Virus record (IMG/VR): IMGVR_UViG_2563366958_000018
Reading direction: 5' to 3' (one strand)
Length of the DNA: 52,177 nt
From: a virus
Lineage: Duplodnaviria > Heunggongvirae > Uroviricota > Caudoviricetes
Position numbers and translations under genes: made by a program. The notes beneath the pieces were generated by a model. That model was given only the letters and a program-made list of their open reading frames with translations, was not told the origin of the DNA and did not search any database. This document shows, one piece after another, positions 17,114 to 27,135 of this stretch (position 1 is its first letter; every line of letters begins with the position of its first letter).

Positions 17114-17262
17114 ATGGTCTTGGCATTTTTCTGATGGTTGTGGCTGTGTGTTTTTGTATCTCGCTGGTGGTTATTGCTGGTGTCCTGTGGCGCATCTTAG
17201 TGGCGCAGAGAGCTTTTCGGCTTAAGCGGGAGCAAATGCGCCTTGATTTCTATCGAAAGTAA
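17110..17262 (+). CDS. Small single-TM protein (50 aa), below the ORF-track size cut-off
   Basis: ATGA overlap with upstream ORF; hydrophobic helix; terminator follows at about 17271-17300. Confidence 0.3.
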   Translation: MNGLGIFLMVVAVCFCISLVVIAGVLWRILVAQRAFRLKREQMRLDFYRK

Positions 17263-17309
17263 CTCTTACAGCCTCGCGTGTCGCGGGGCTTTTATTTTCA
17301 GGTGATGTT

Positions 17310-17720
17310 ATGGAAAAGAAAGAAGATAAACCGATTGCCATTGGTGCAGAGTCTGTTCCGTTTAAGTTTGAATTATCCCAACTGGTAACAATGCGTATCA
17401 GTGAAGAGTGGGGAGAAGTTCAAGCCCGTGCTCAGTATGCAAATGGCGAAAACCAGTATTTGATTCACTATCAGGCGGCTGATGGTCGTGCTACCACAGA
17501 GTGGTTCGGTGAATCGATGTTGATTGCGATGGAAGATGATCGTTATCCAGGCTGCCCTGTTTTTGCCTGTGTTGATTTGCCAGAAGGCGCGGTACTTGAA
17601 GACGACAAAGAAGAATGCTCGTCTGATGGCGAACTTGTCATTACTGGAATCGTTGATGGTAAGCCGGAATACTCTCGTATTGAGGTAAATAACGGCCGCA
17701 TCCGTTTGATCCCTGCGTAA
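17310..17720 (+). CDS. Hypothetical acidic protein (136 aa)
   Basis: ORF followed by a 10-bp stem hairpin plus T-run. Confidence 0.45.
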   Translation: MEKKEDKPIAIGAESVPFKFELSQLVTMRISEEWGEVQARAQYANGENQYLIHYQAADGRATTEWFGESMLIAMEDDRYPGCPVFACVDLPEGAVLEDDKEECSSDGELVITGIVDGKPEYSRIEVNNGRIRLIPA

Positions 17721-17954
17721 CGCATTACAGCAGCTCTTGTGCTTACCAGGGGCTGCGATAATGCGCAAACCAAAGCTGCCTCATTAACTCCAGCTCGCTG
17801 TGGAGTTAATGCTGGTGGCTTTTTTATTACTGGAAGGTGGGCGACCGCCGTCAGTTGCGACCTGACGACAGTCATTCATACCCACAGGGTGCCGTGGATA
17901 CAAACCGAGGCCCACTTGCTTGCACAAGCGAGGGGATTTTAGCGGATAAACGGC

Positions 17955-18578
17955 ATGACAAAACATCTTAATGTGGTTTCTTTACCACTTTCTGTGTTGA
18001 TTGGTTATGAAAAGAACGCTCGCACACACTCCGTGGAGCAGGTAGATCAGATTATTGCCAGCATACAGGAGTACGGATGGACTAATCCGATCCTGATAGA
18101 CGAGAACAACGTTGTAATTGCTGGTCATGGTCGAATTGCTGCGGCCACTCAGTTGGGGATGGATGATGTTCCCTGCATTGTTCTGGCTGGGCTAACGGAG
18201 AATCAGAAGAAGGCATATCGTCTGGCCGACAACCGTATTCCGCTGAATGCTGGTTGGGATGAAGAGTTGTTAAGCGCGGAGCTTGCAGATCTTGCGGCCG
18301 ATGATTTTGCTCTGGACTCAATTGGTTTTACTCAGCGCGAACTGGATAACTTATTGAGTGCGGCGGTCTACGATGACACAGAGGGTATGGATATCCCATT
18401 TGAGAAGGATGAGGCCAAATCAGGCGTAAAAGTTCAGTACCTGTCATTTGGAGGTCATAAAATCCCGGCAACGGATGAGGAAGCGGATCGTTTTGACTGC
18501 GCGGTGTCTCGTTATGTTGATGATAATGGCAGCTATATCGGATTTGTATCCGCATTGCTGGCTGGGGAGGTGTGCTGA
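17955..18578 (+). CDS. ParB/Srx-like nuclease-domain protein (207 aa)
   Basis: N-terminal ParB-type fold with GHGR arginine motif (VIAGHGRIAAA); paralogue of 21244-21834. Confidence 0.7.
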   Translation: MTKHLNVVSLPLSVLIGYEKNARTHSVEQVDQIIASIQEYGWTNPILIDENNVVIAGHGRIAAATQLGMDDVPCIVLAGLTENQKKAYRLADNRIPLNAGWDEELLSAELADLAADDFALDSIGFTQRELDNLLSAAVYDDTEGMDIPFEKDEAKSGVKVQYLSFGGHKIPATDEEADRFDCAVSRYVDDNGSYIGFVSALLAGEVC

Positions 18579-19951
18579 TGCTTCACCTCAATTACGACAT
18601 AACGCACCTACGCGGCGCGGAATATAACCCGCGTTTTATCGGTGAGGATGATCTTGCGAGGCTGGCGGAAAGCGTCAGGGAGCTGGGGCTTGTGAAGCCA
18701 TTGATAGTGCGCGGCGATTTGCTGGTGGCGGGACACCAAAGGACGAAGGCGCTACGTAAGTTGGGAATAACGCGTGCTGCGGTGTATGTGTTGCCCTGTG
18801 AAACGACGGTATACGACGAAGTACGGTTTAACCAACTGCATAACGGAACGGATTTTGATAGCGGAGATGAGCGTTGCAGGGTGTCCGGTCTGGAAGATAA
18901 GCATGGTTTTGTTCAGGTATCGGCAAGCCAGATCTCAGGCAATATGCGCGCGAAAATGGCATATGTTCGAAAGAACATAGCGGAACTGGTTATCAAGTAT
19001 GGTCCGTGGGGTGGTTGTGTTGCTACTCAGTCTGGTGAGGTTATTCACTGTGCTCAGTATGCATTAGCAGCGAAAATGACGCGCACACCGCTAACGGTGT
19101 TTGTGATCCCTGATGTTGAGAAGGAAAAATACCAAAGTTATCTGAATAAAACTTATGGTGTATTTGAGTATTCTCATCTGGAGAAAACAACATACATCCA
19201 GACGTATGCGCAGCTTATGCGGTTGCGTAATGGTGGCAGCCTGAAATCAAATCTGTATGAGTCGTTGATCCTCCCGATCGTTGCCAAGACGCCAAGAGGA
19301 ATTGATTTTGGTTCGGGGCAGGGAGACTACGCGCGAATGCTCAGGGCAAAGGGATATAACCTGCATGATCTTGAGCTTTTTCGCCGTAAGGGCGCTGGAA
19401 ACACTCTGGATAGGGCTGCAACAAACCGAATGATTGATACGCTGGTGGACGACTTAAAAACGCGAGGGCGTTACGACTACGTGATTTGCGATAGCGTTTT
19501 GAACTCGGTCGATAGTGTCGAGGCTGAATGGTCCGTTCTGACGGTTCTGAAAGGCCTGTGTAAAGCTGGTGGGTCAATATTCTTTTCTGGTCGTAGCCGT
19601 GGAGAGCTGGAAACAGTCCTGAAGCAAACACAAGCGGCGAGTTCCAAAAGCCGGCTTTATTTTATTGATCATAACGGTTTTACCGCGTTGTACCGGAAGG
19701 GGCACTGGTTTTACCAGAAGTTTCACTCTGATGATGAAGTGAAGCAGTTGTGTCGTGTACATGGTTTCAGGATTAAGCGGTCAATATTCAACTGTAATAG
19801 CTGGTATTTGCACGTCATTAACGATGATTCCCTTAGTTGGGCGAGTCTGGAGAAAGCTGTTCGTTTTGAGTTTGAGTTGCCGTTGCCTGGTGGTTCAACA
19901 ATCGGACGATCTGATGATGTGCTGGCGGCTTTCCGGCCGTTGATTAAGTAG
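18578..19951 (+). CDS. ParB/Srx-like N-terminal domain fused to a class I SAM-dependent methyltransferase domain
   Basis: N-terminal LVAGHQRTKA ParB motif; C-terminal motif I GIDFGSGQGDYA and acidic post-I motif (YVICDSVLN); no DPPY/NPPY motif seen. Confidence 0.6.
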   Translation: MLHLNYDITHLRGAEYNPRFIGEDDLARLAESVRELGLVKPLIVRGDLLVAGHQRTKALRKLGITRAAVYVLPCETTVYDEVRFNQLHNGTDFDSGDERCRVSGLEDKHGFVQVSASQISGNMRAKMAYVRKNIAELVIKYGPWGGCVATQSGEVIHCAQYALAAKMTRTPLTVFVIPDVEKEKYQSYLNKTYGVFEYSHLEKTTYIQTYAQLMRLRNGGSLKSNLYESLILPIVAKTPRGIDFGSGQGDYARMLRAKGYNLHDLELFRRKGAGNTLDRAATNRMIDTLVDDLKTRGRYDYVICDSVLNSVDSVEAEWSVLTVLKGLCKAGGSIFFSGRSRGELETVLKQTQAASSKSRLYFIDHNGFTALYRKGHWFYQKFHSDDEVKQLCRVHGFRIKRSIFNCNSWYLHVINDDSLSWASLEKAVRFEFELPLPGGSTIGRSDDVLAAFRPLIK

Positions 19952-19967
19952 TGTGTAGGAGGCGCTG

Positions 19968-20687
19968 GTGGCTGACAGAATTGAGATAAAGATGGATTTT
20001 TCTTCTCAGGATATTCAACGACAACTCCAGCGCCTTGAAGAACGCGAATTGCCGTTCGCAATGGCGCTTGCGGCAACCAGAACGGCAAAGGCTTCTCAGG
20101 CTGCGATTAAGAATGAAATTAATCGGGTATTTGACAGGCCCACGCCGTGGATTCAGAACTCTACTTACGTTTTGGCCGCAAAGAAGAGTGATCCTACAGC
20201 CATTGTGTATGCTCGTGAATGGGGAGGAACGCCAGCCCCTGTAACGTTGACTCCGCAAATCGAAGGTGGCCAACGACAGTACAAACGCTCAGAAGGGGCG
20301 CTAAGGGCTGGTGGATATTTGCCTAACGGCTGGCAGCTTGCTCCTGGTCCCGGCGCAAAGCTGGACAAATACGGGAATATTTCGCGGGGGCAATTACAGC
20401 AGGTCTTATCTGGCCTAAGAGTTCAGCGAGATGCGCATCAAAATCGCCGTCAGGGCAAGCCTACGGAGTTTTTTGTTGTTCGACCTGGTACAAGTAACCC
20501 GCTTCAACCAGGCGTCTGGCAGCGCGTTGGGCGGCGTCCTACGTTGATCCTTACGTTTATCCAGCAACCTAACTATTCGCAGCGTCTTGATTGGCATGGC
20601 GTGGCGCTGCGTGCTGGTGAGGATGCGTTTGCTGATGAAGTCACAAAGGCTATTGATGACATTCTTTCTAAGACCTTCTCTCGTTAA
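19968..20687 (+). CDS. Hypothetical protein (239 aa, GTG start)
   Basis: AGGAGG RBS upstream. Confidence 0.45.
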   Translation: MADRIEIKMDFSSQDIQRQLQRLEERELPFAMALAATRTAKASQAAIKNEINRVFDRPTPWIQNSTYVLAAKKSDPTAIVYAREWGGTPAPVTLTPQIEGGQRQYKRSEGALRAGGYLPNGWQLAPGPGAKLDKYGNISRGQLQQVLSGLRVQRDAHQNRRQGKPTEFFVVRPGTSNPLQPGVWQRVGRRPTLILTFIQQPNYSQRLDWHGVALRAGEDAFADEVTKAIDDILSKTFSR

Positions 20688-20879
20688 TCATCGTGTGGTT
20701 GATGGTGTTGTTATGCAGAGTGTATTCACTGTGTTCTGTAGCGTCGCTCGCTGGCTGTCTGTGGGGGAGCACGAGCATCGTTTCATCGTCCGGCAGAATT
20801 GGGTCCTTCTGGCCAAAAGCGTTGGATGCGGGTCATTCGAACCCCGATATTCGGCTAGCTAAACGTGAAAAAAGTTAGG

Positions 20880-21243
20880 TTAAAAGTTGCGGTAAAAGAA
20901 ATTTACTCATCTCATTGAAAAATATCGGGAAAACGTGATTTTTTCTGTATTTGTGCTGGTAAAAAGAAAGTGGAAAATTTTCTTTTAGATCATCAAGATA
21001 CGCGCAGATCTTTAACCAATGTGATGTTGTTCTGATAAAAATCGTTATAAATCATGCAAATACATCCAATCTTTTAACCAAAACACCATCGCAAGATCCT
21101 TTTTACTTATAAAAACTTAATAAAATCAGATAATTATGCTGGTTTGTGTGATTTTTCATGAGTAAAAAGATCGTCATTTTTCTCTTTTAGTATCAATAAG
21201 TTAAACAGTTTTCTTTAACCTGTTGTGTTATGGCGGTTAAAAA
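20880..21243. promoter_or_regulatory. AT-rich intergenic region upstream of the packaging genes; candidate cos/pac and late regulatory region
   Basis: Three TCTTTAACC-type repeats (about 21009, 21070, 21212) and four AGATC sites in about 200 bp. Confidence 0.3.
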
Positions 21244-21834
21244 ATGGCTCTAAAAATCGAATATTTACCAGTCGGTAAGTTGCTCAGATATGCCAAAAAT
21301 TCACGGACTCATTCAGATGAGCAAGTTGAACAGTTGGTGAACAGTATCCGTGAGTTCGGTTTCACTAATCCTGTGCTGATCGATGAAAAGAATGAACTGA
21401 TTGCGGGGCATGGGCGGCTTGCAGCAGCCGAAATTCTGGAAATGGATAAAGTTCCGGCGATTCGGTTGAGTAACCTTTCTGAAAAACAGAAGAAGGCTTA
21501 CAGGATTGCAGATAACAAGCTGGCCTTAAATGCTGGCTGGGATATGCAGCTTCTGGCCGAAGAAGTCAAAGAGTTAATGGATGATGATTTTGATATTGAT
21601 CTGCTTGGGTTTAATGATGCAGAGCTTGACGAAATGTTAAGCGATGAACAGCCGCAGGAAGAAGACGATAATTCTTCCCCTGTTGTTCAAATTAAGTACC
21701 TGGCTATTGATAAAGAACGTATTCCCGCGACGGATATGGAAATTGCATTGTTGCTGGATGTTTATCGTCAGTACCACGACGCGCATGAAACGCATGAGGG
21801 ATTTGTTCAGTATCTTGCTAATGGTTGCAAGTAA
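21244..21834 (+). CDS. ParB/Srx-like nuclease-domain protein immediately upstream of terminase small subunit
   Basis: LIAGHGRLAAA motif; clear paralogue of 17955-18578. Confidence 0.7.
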   Translation: MALKIEYLPVGKLLRYAKNSRTHSDEQVEQLVNSIREFGFTNPVLIDEKNELIAGHGRLAAAEILEMDKVPAIRLSNLSEKQKKAYRIADNKLALNAGWDMQLLAEEVKELMDDDFDIDLLGFNDAELDEMLSDEQPQEEDDNSSPVVQIKYLAIDKERIPATDMEIALLLDVYRQYHDAHETHEGFVQYLANGCK

Positions 21835-22385
21835 TGGCCATCGTCAGTAAGTCAGAGTTTGCCCGCCGGAAAGGTATTTCTCCGGCAATGGTTACGAAGC
21901 TCTGTTGTTCCGGTCGCATTCCAGTGCTGAAAAGCGGCAAGCTGGATTTTGATAAAGCCAGTGCGGCTTATGAAGCGAGCCGACAGGTTGGTCGTGAGGT
22001 ATCTGCTGAAAATGGAAAAAGAGGGCATGGGATATCTTCGGAACAACCAGAGTTACCCGCTGATGATGCCGGATTAGCTGGTGGTACTTCCGGTGTTGCG
22101 GTGCAATTCAACAAGGCTAAGACCGCAGAAAAAATTTATCAGGCAAAGCTGAAACGCCTTGAATTTGAAGAAAAGGAAGGCTCTCTCATCGCTAAAGATG
22201 CGGTCAGGGATGATGCATTTCTGGCAGCTAATGAATTGCGTAGCCGCTTATTTAGTATTGCTCCAAGAGCAGCTCCCCGTTGTGAAGGCAAAACAGCCAG
22301 GGAGATCGAGCGCATTATTGAAGACGAGATTAATTTTGCGCTTCAGGCGCTCCAGGAATCCCGATTTATTAAGCAGGAAGAATAA
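21834..22385 (+). CDS. Terminase small subunit (Nu1-like)
   Basis: N-terminal HTH (SKSEFARRKGISPAMVTKL) and position directly upstream of the large subunit; TAATG coupling. Confidence 0.6.
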   Translation: MAIVSKSEFARRKGISPAMVTKLCCSGRIPVLKSGKLDFDKASAAYEASRQVGREVSAENGKRGHGISSEQPELPADDAGLAGGTSGVAVQFNKAKTAEKIYQAKLKRLEFEEKEGSLIAKDAVRDDAFLAANELRSRLFSIAPRAAPRCEGKTAREIERIIEDEINFALQALQESRFIKQEE

Positions 22386-22390
22386 ACCTC

Positions 22391-24247
22391 ATGGGCGAAA
22401 CAGTATGGAGCACCGCTTTTTTCCGTGCGCTTCGCCCTAAATCACGGCTAACTGTTTCCGAATGGGCTGATAAGTATCGTCATGTAGCGCCGGGAACGTC
22501 TCCAGAGCCAGGGCCGTGGCGTACAAGCCGAGTGCCATATTTGCGTGAACCAATGGATGTTATTGGTGACGCTGATACAGAAACAGTAGTGATGCAATGT
22601 AGCTCGCAAATTGGTAAATCCGAATTACAGCTAAATGTTATGGGTTACTTTGCAGATCAGGAGCCATCTCCTCAGTTGATGATTTATCCAACGGTAGAGG
22701 CGGCTGAGGCTTTTTCAAAAGAGCGTATTGATCCGACGTTCAAATATTCCCCTGGTTTGAAACACAAGCTGCATGAAGGGAAAGAGGGGCGCGGTGCAGC
22801 CAAAAAGTCCAGCACGACTATACGTATGAAGCATTACGCTGGTGGATATATAGCACTTGTTGGTGCTAATTCCCCAGCAGGTCTTGCATCCAGGCCAATT
22901 CGAATACTGTTAGCTGATGAGATTGATCGTTACGGTGTGACGCAGGAGGGCGACCCACTAAAACTAGGTATTCAGCGTACTACCAACTTTCATAATCGTA
23001 AGAAAGTTTTTGTTTCTACTCCTGTTTTGGAGGAAACAAGCAAAATCCACAAGTGGTTTAAGCTCTCCGATCAGCGTTACTACCATGTTCCTTGCCCATG
23101 TTGTGGCACCATGCAGGTGATGAAATGGTCGCAAGTCAGATGGGATAAGAGCGATTCAGGTGAGGCGTTACCGGAAACGGCCAGATATGAGTGCTGTGAG
23201 TGCGGCGGGATTATGCGCGGATCTGGTAAACCAGACGTTGATTGGTTGGCGAAGGGGGTATGGATAGCTGAACATACTGGAGTTAAAGGTATTGTTGGTT
23301 TTCATATTAACAGTCTTTACTCCCCGTGGGTTGCATTGTCAGAGCTGGTTGAAGAATTTACGGAAGCAACCAGAAACCGCGATAAAAATGGATTAATGGA
23401 GTTTATTAACCTTAAGCTGGGTGAGCCATGGAAAGAGGATGCTAAAGACGATATCGATCCTGAATACTTGTTGCAACGCAGAATAAGGTTTGAAGAGTTT
23501 TTACCAGATGATGTTTTATTGTTAAGTGCTGGTGTTGACGTACAGGACACGTATTTAGTTTGTGAATTGGTCGGTTGGGGAAAAGGTAAGGAGTCATGGG
23601 GGATAGAATATAAAATATTCCCAGGTGATCCCGCACAAGATGTTGTCTGGAAACAACTTGATGAATACTTACTCCGTAGCTGGTCATTCCGTGACGGTCG
23701 AAAATTACAGATTTCTTCCGTTTGTATTGACTCTGGTGGGCATTTTACGACAGAGGTATATCGCTTTACTAAGCCGAGAGAATCAAGGCGAATATACTCT
23801 ATCAGGGGGCGTGGTGGGGTAGGTTTACCATTTATAGGAAAGCCAAGTAATAATAACCGTGTGGGTGCTATGTTGTTTAATTTGGGGGTTGATGATGGTA
23901 AAGGGACCATCATGGCAAGAATTAAACTACATGATCCTGGTCCTGGTTATATGCATTTCCCATTAGATTCTGACAGAGGATATGATACCGAATACTTTAA
24001 AGGATTATTATCAGAGAAAAAAATATTTGAATATAAAAATGGGCAGACAAAAGAAAAGTGGGTGAAAGTCTACGAGCGTAACGAGCCTCTTGATTGCCGT
24101 AACTATGCAACTGCCGCGATGGAAATTCTGAACCCTAATTTTAACTGGCTTGCCGAACAGGAAATGCGAGGTAATGTGTATGTGCAGAACTCGTCAGGTA
24201 TACGTAGAAGACGCCGTAGAGTTATAAGTAAAGGCGTAACCATATAG
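22391..24247 (+). CDS. Terminase large subunit (lambda gpA family)
   Basis: 618 aa; gpA-like layout with PCPCCG zinc motif and C-terminal nuclease domain. Confidence 0.9.
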   Translation: MGETVWSTAFFRALRPKSRLTVSEWADKYRHVAPGTSPEPGPWRTSRVPYLREPMDVIGDADTETVVMQCSSQIGKSELQLNVMGYFADQEPSPQLMIYPTVEAAEAFSKERIDPTFKYSPGLKHKLHEGKEGRGAAKKSSTTIRMKHYAGGYIALVGANSPAGLASRPIRILLADEIDRYGVTQEGDPLKLGIQRTTNFHNRKKVFVSTPVLEETSKIHKWFKLSDQRYYHVPCPCCGTMQVMKWSQVRWDKSDSGEALPETARYECCECGGIMRGSGKPDVDWLAKGVWIAEHTGVKGIVGFHINSLYSPWVALSELVEEFTEATRNRDKNGLMEFINLKLGEPWKEDAKDDIDPEYLLQRRIRFEEFLPDDVLLLSAGVDVQDTYLVCELVGWGKGKESWGIEYKIFPGDPAQDVVWKQLDEYLLRSWSFRDGRKLQISSVCIDSGGHFTTEVYRFTKPRESRRIYSIRGRGGVGLPFIGKPSNNNRVGAMLFNLGVDDGKGTIMARIKLHDPGPGYMHFPLDSDRGYDTEYFKGLLSEKKIFEYKNGQTKEKWVKVYERNEPLDCRNYATAAMEILNPNFNWLAEQEMRGNVYVQNSSGIRRRRRRVISKGVTI

Positions 24248-24258
24248 AGGAAATATAA

Positions 24259-24498
24259 ATGAACAATGAAGCATTTTCTCTGACTGAAGCCAGAGAGATG
24301 TTATCTGTCTGGCGGGAAGCATATCGCGCTATTGCTATTGGCGGTCAGTCATATAAATTTGGTACGCGGCAGTTAACTCGTGCGGATTTATCAGAAGTCA
24401 GAAAAGAGATGGATTACTGGCGTAATGAAGTAGAAAGATTATCAGCAGGTGTACGCCGAGGCCCACGAATTAAACGAGTGGTGATAAGAGATTTATGA
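24259..24498 (+). CDS. Head-tail joining protein (gpW-like)
   Basis: 79 aa ORF between terminase and portal, the position of lambda W. Confidence 0.5.
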   Translation: MNNEAFSLTEAREMLSVWREAYRAIAIGGQSYKFGTRQLTRADLSEVRKEMDYWRNEVERLSAGVRRGPRIKRVVIRDL

Positions 24499-26069
24499 AT
24501 ATTCTTGATCGAGTTATTGCGCCGTTTTCACCTCAGAGGGCATTAAATCGAGCTTTGGCAAGAAAACGGTTAGAAGCACTTGAAGGTATTAATAACCTTG
24601 GATATTCACGTCATGGTGCAAGCACTCATAAAAAATCATTAAGGGGTTGGTTTAGTAAAGCTGGTTCTCCTGATGATGATGTTGTTAAAAATATAGATAA
24701 ATTGCGTGAGCGTTCTCGTGATCTCTTCATGGGAAACCCGCTATCTGTTGGCGCAATAAAAACTATCAGGACAAACGTTGTTGGTTCCGGTTTAAAACTA
24801 AATGCGAACATTGATGCCGATTTCTTGGGGATGACGCAGGAAGAAGCGCGAGCATGGGAAAAGCATGTTGAGCGTGAGTTTAGATTATGGGCTGATTCTC
24901 CAAATTGTGATGCATCAAGAATGTGTACTTTTGGACAATTGCAATCATTGGTCCAAATATCTGCGTTAACATCTGGCGATATATTTGCTGCGCTACCAGT
25001 TATTAAGCGTAAGGGTGTTATATATGATTTGTGCGTCTATTTAATTGAAGGTGATCGTGTTTGCAATCCAGAGGATCGTTTTATACCAAATCTTTACGGT
25101 GGCGTAGAGGTTGGTGAATTTAGCGAGCCTGTGGCGTACTGGGTTGCAAAACATCACCCAGCCGGGACTTCTGGTTTTGTAACCCGCAAGTGGGAACGTA
25201 TTCCCGCATATGGGAGTAAAACAGGAAGAAGAAATATTCTGCATGTCATGCAGGATTTTGAAAGGCCTGGGCAACGCCGTGGCGTTCCTGTCCTTGCTCC
25301 TGTAATTGAAGCATTGAAGCAGTTAGGACGATACACCGATGCTGAATTGGTTGCTGCGGTTGTGTCAGGGATGTTTACTGTCTTTATTAAAACAGACGCT
25401 CCTGATGGGCCAGTCGGTGAATCGGGTATCCCTCAGTACGAGCAGATCGATAACCATGATAATAACACCCAAGAAATGGGGAATGGCTCCATAGTAAGTT
25501 TGGGTGAAGGTGAGTCGATAGATACAGCAAATCCCGGGCGACCAAATACGGCATTTGATGGTTTTGTTGTCGCCATATGCCGTCAAATTGGGGCTGCTTT
25601 AGAACTCCCTTACGAACTCTTGGTAAAGCATTTTACAGCAAGTTATAGCGCAAGCAGGGCCGCATTACTTGAAGCCTGGAAAATGTTCCGTATGCGACGT
25701 GACTGGATGGTTCAGTCATTTTGCCAACCGATCTATGAGGAATGGTTGGCCGAAGCCGTTGCTAAAGGTCGTGTTATTGCCCCTGGTTTTTTTTATGGGC
25801 CTGAATATCGCGCTGCATGGAGTGGCGCTCAATGGTATGGCCCATCACAAGGCCAATTAGATCCCCTTAAAGAAGTCAAAGCTGCAAAACTGCGTGTTGA
25901 GGAAACATTCTCTACCCGTGAAAAAGAAGCGGCTGAAATGTCAGGTCTTAACTGGGAAGAAACCGCACAAATCTGTGGCAGAGAAGAGAATGCTCGCCGT
26001 GAGTTGGGGCTTATTACACCTCCTGTTTCTGAGGTAAATGAACAAAATATGGAGACTGATGATGCCTAA
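24495..26069 (+). CDS. Portal protein (lambda gpB family)
   Basis: 524 aa, position and size. Confidence 0.85.
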   Translation: MNILDRVIAPFSPQRALNRALARKRLEALEGINNLGYSRHGASTHKKSLRGWFSKAGSPDDDVVKNIDKLRERSRDLFMGNPLSVGAIKTIRTNVVGSGLKLNANIDADFLGMTQEEARAWEKHVEREFRLWADSPNCDASRMCTFGQLQSLVQISALTSGDIFAALPVIKRKGVIYDLCVYLIEGDRVCNPEDRFIPNLYGGVEVGEFSEPVAYWVAKHHPAGTSGFVTRKWERIPAYGSKTGRRNILHVMQDFERPGQRRGVPVLAPVIEALKQLGRYTDAELVAAVVSGMFTVFIKTDAPDGPVGESGIPQYEQIDNHDNNTQEMGNGSIVSLGEGESIDTANPGRPNTAFDGFVVAICRQIGAALELPYELLVKHFTASYSASRAALLEAWKMFRMRRDWMVQSFCQPIYEEWLAEAVAKGRVIAPGFFYGPEYRAAWSGAQWYGPSQGQLDPLKEVKAAKLRVEETFSTREKEAAEMSGLNWEETAQICGREENARRELGLITPPVSEVNEQNMETDDA

Positions 26070-27126
26070 TTGGTGGGAAATAAAAAATAGCACGGGTGAA
26101 GATGACTCTCCGGCTGAACTTTTAATTTACGGGTATATTGGTGAATTTGATGAGGTTTCTTCTTCTGACATAGTTAATAAATTAAAGGATATTTCATCAA
26201 ATACTATCAACGTAAAAATTAATAGTTATGGTGGTTCTGTTTTTACTGCTCAAGCTATTCTTTCATCATTAAAGCGTCATAAGGCGAATATTACGGTTTA
26301 TATCGACGGGATTGCTGCATCGGCTGCAACTATTATTGCAATGGCGGGTGATAAAATTATTATCCCATCTAATGCTATGATGATGATCCATAATCCGTGG
26401 ATATTTGCTGCTGGCGATGCGGATGAATTGCGTGATATTGCTGAGATGATGGATAAGATACGCAATAGTATTTTATCTGCATATAAGGAGAAAACAGGGC
26501 TTTCTGAGGATAAATTAATTGAACTAATGGATCAGGAAACATGGCTAAATGCAGAAGAGGCTGTAGAGCTTGGATTTGCTGACGAAGTTGAAAAACCAAT
26601 ACGCTTATCCGCTTCTATAAAGGAAGGGATGCTTTCGCTTAATGGAATAACTTTTGAAGCATCAAGGTTTTCAAAATTACCTGATTCACTCGCAAAGTTG
26701 CCGCAAAATAAAAATGAGTTATCTACTGAATCAAATGAACAAAATGAGGACGATATTGTGACTCTTGATGAATTAAAAAATAAATATCCAGAATTATACA
26801 ATCAGGTTTTTAATGCTGGTAAAGACGAGGGCGTTAAATCAGAACGCGAGCGCATTGAAACAATCGAGAATAGCGTGATTCCTGGTCATGACGACCTGGT
26901 TAAGAATGCAAAATTCAAAACAGGAGTTTCTGCGGCTGAACTTGCTTTGGAAATTATGAATGCAGAGCGAGCGCGTAACAAAAACTTTCTTAATCAACGG
27001 CAAGAAGACGCAAGTGAGGTGAATGATTCAGTTGATGTTAATCAACCAGAAAACAACGGCAACAAACAGGCTGAAGCAGTAAAAAATGTTATTGGGTCAG
27101 TATTTAAAAACCGCGATAAAAATTAA
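26059..27126 (+). CDS. Prohead protease (ClpP/S49-like) with C-terminal scaffold-like domain
   Basis: Ser-His-Asp region (DGIAASAATIIAMAGDK, MMIHNPW) plus coiled-coil acidic C-terminus. Confidence 0.8.
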   Translation: MMPNWWEIKNSTGEDDSPAELLIYGYIGEFDEVSSSDIVNKLKDISSNTINVKINSYGGSVFTAQAILSSLKRHKANITVYIDGIAASAATIIAMAGDKIIIPSNAMMMIHNPWIFAAGDADELRDIAEMMDKIRNSILSAYKEKTGLSEDKLIELMDQETWLNAEEAVELGFADEVEKPIRLSASIKEGMLSLNGITFEASRFSKLPDSLAKLPQNKNELSTESNEQNEDDIVTLDELKNKYPELYNQVFNAGKDEGVKSERERIETIENSVIPGHDDLVKNAKFKTGVSAAELALEIMNAERARNKNFLNQRQEDASEVNDSVDVNQPENNGNKQAEAVKNVIGSVFKNRDKN

Positions 27127-27135
27127 GGTGAGTTT

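Noticed and set aside
23317-23913. 198-codon minus-strand ORF inside the terminase large subunit gene, and similar antisense ORFs within tail and head genes
   Set aside because: Antisense to strongly supported structural genes; no independent support.
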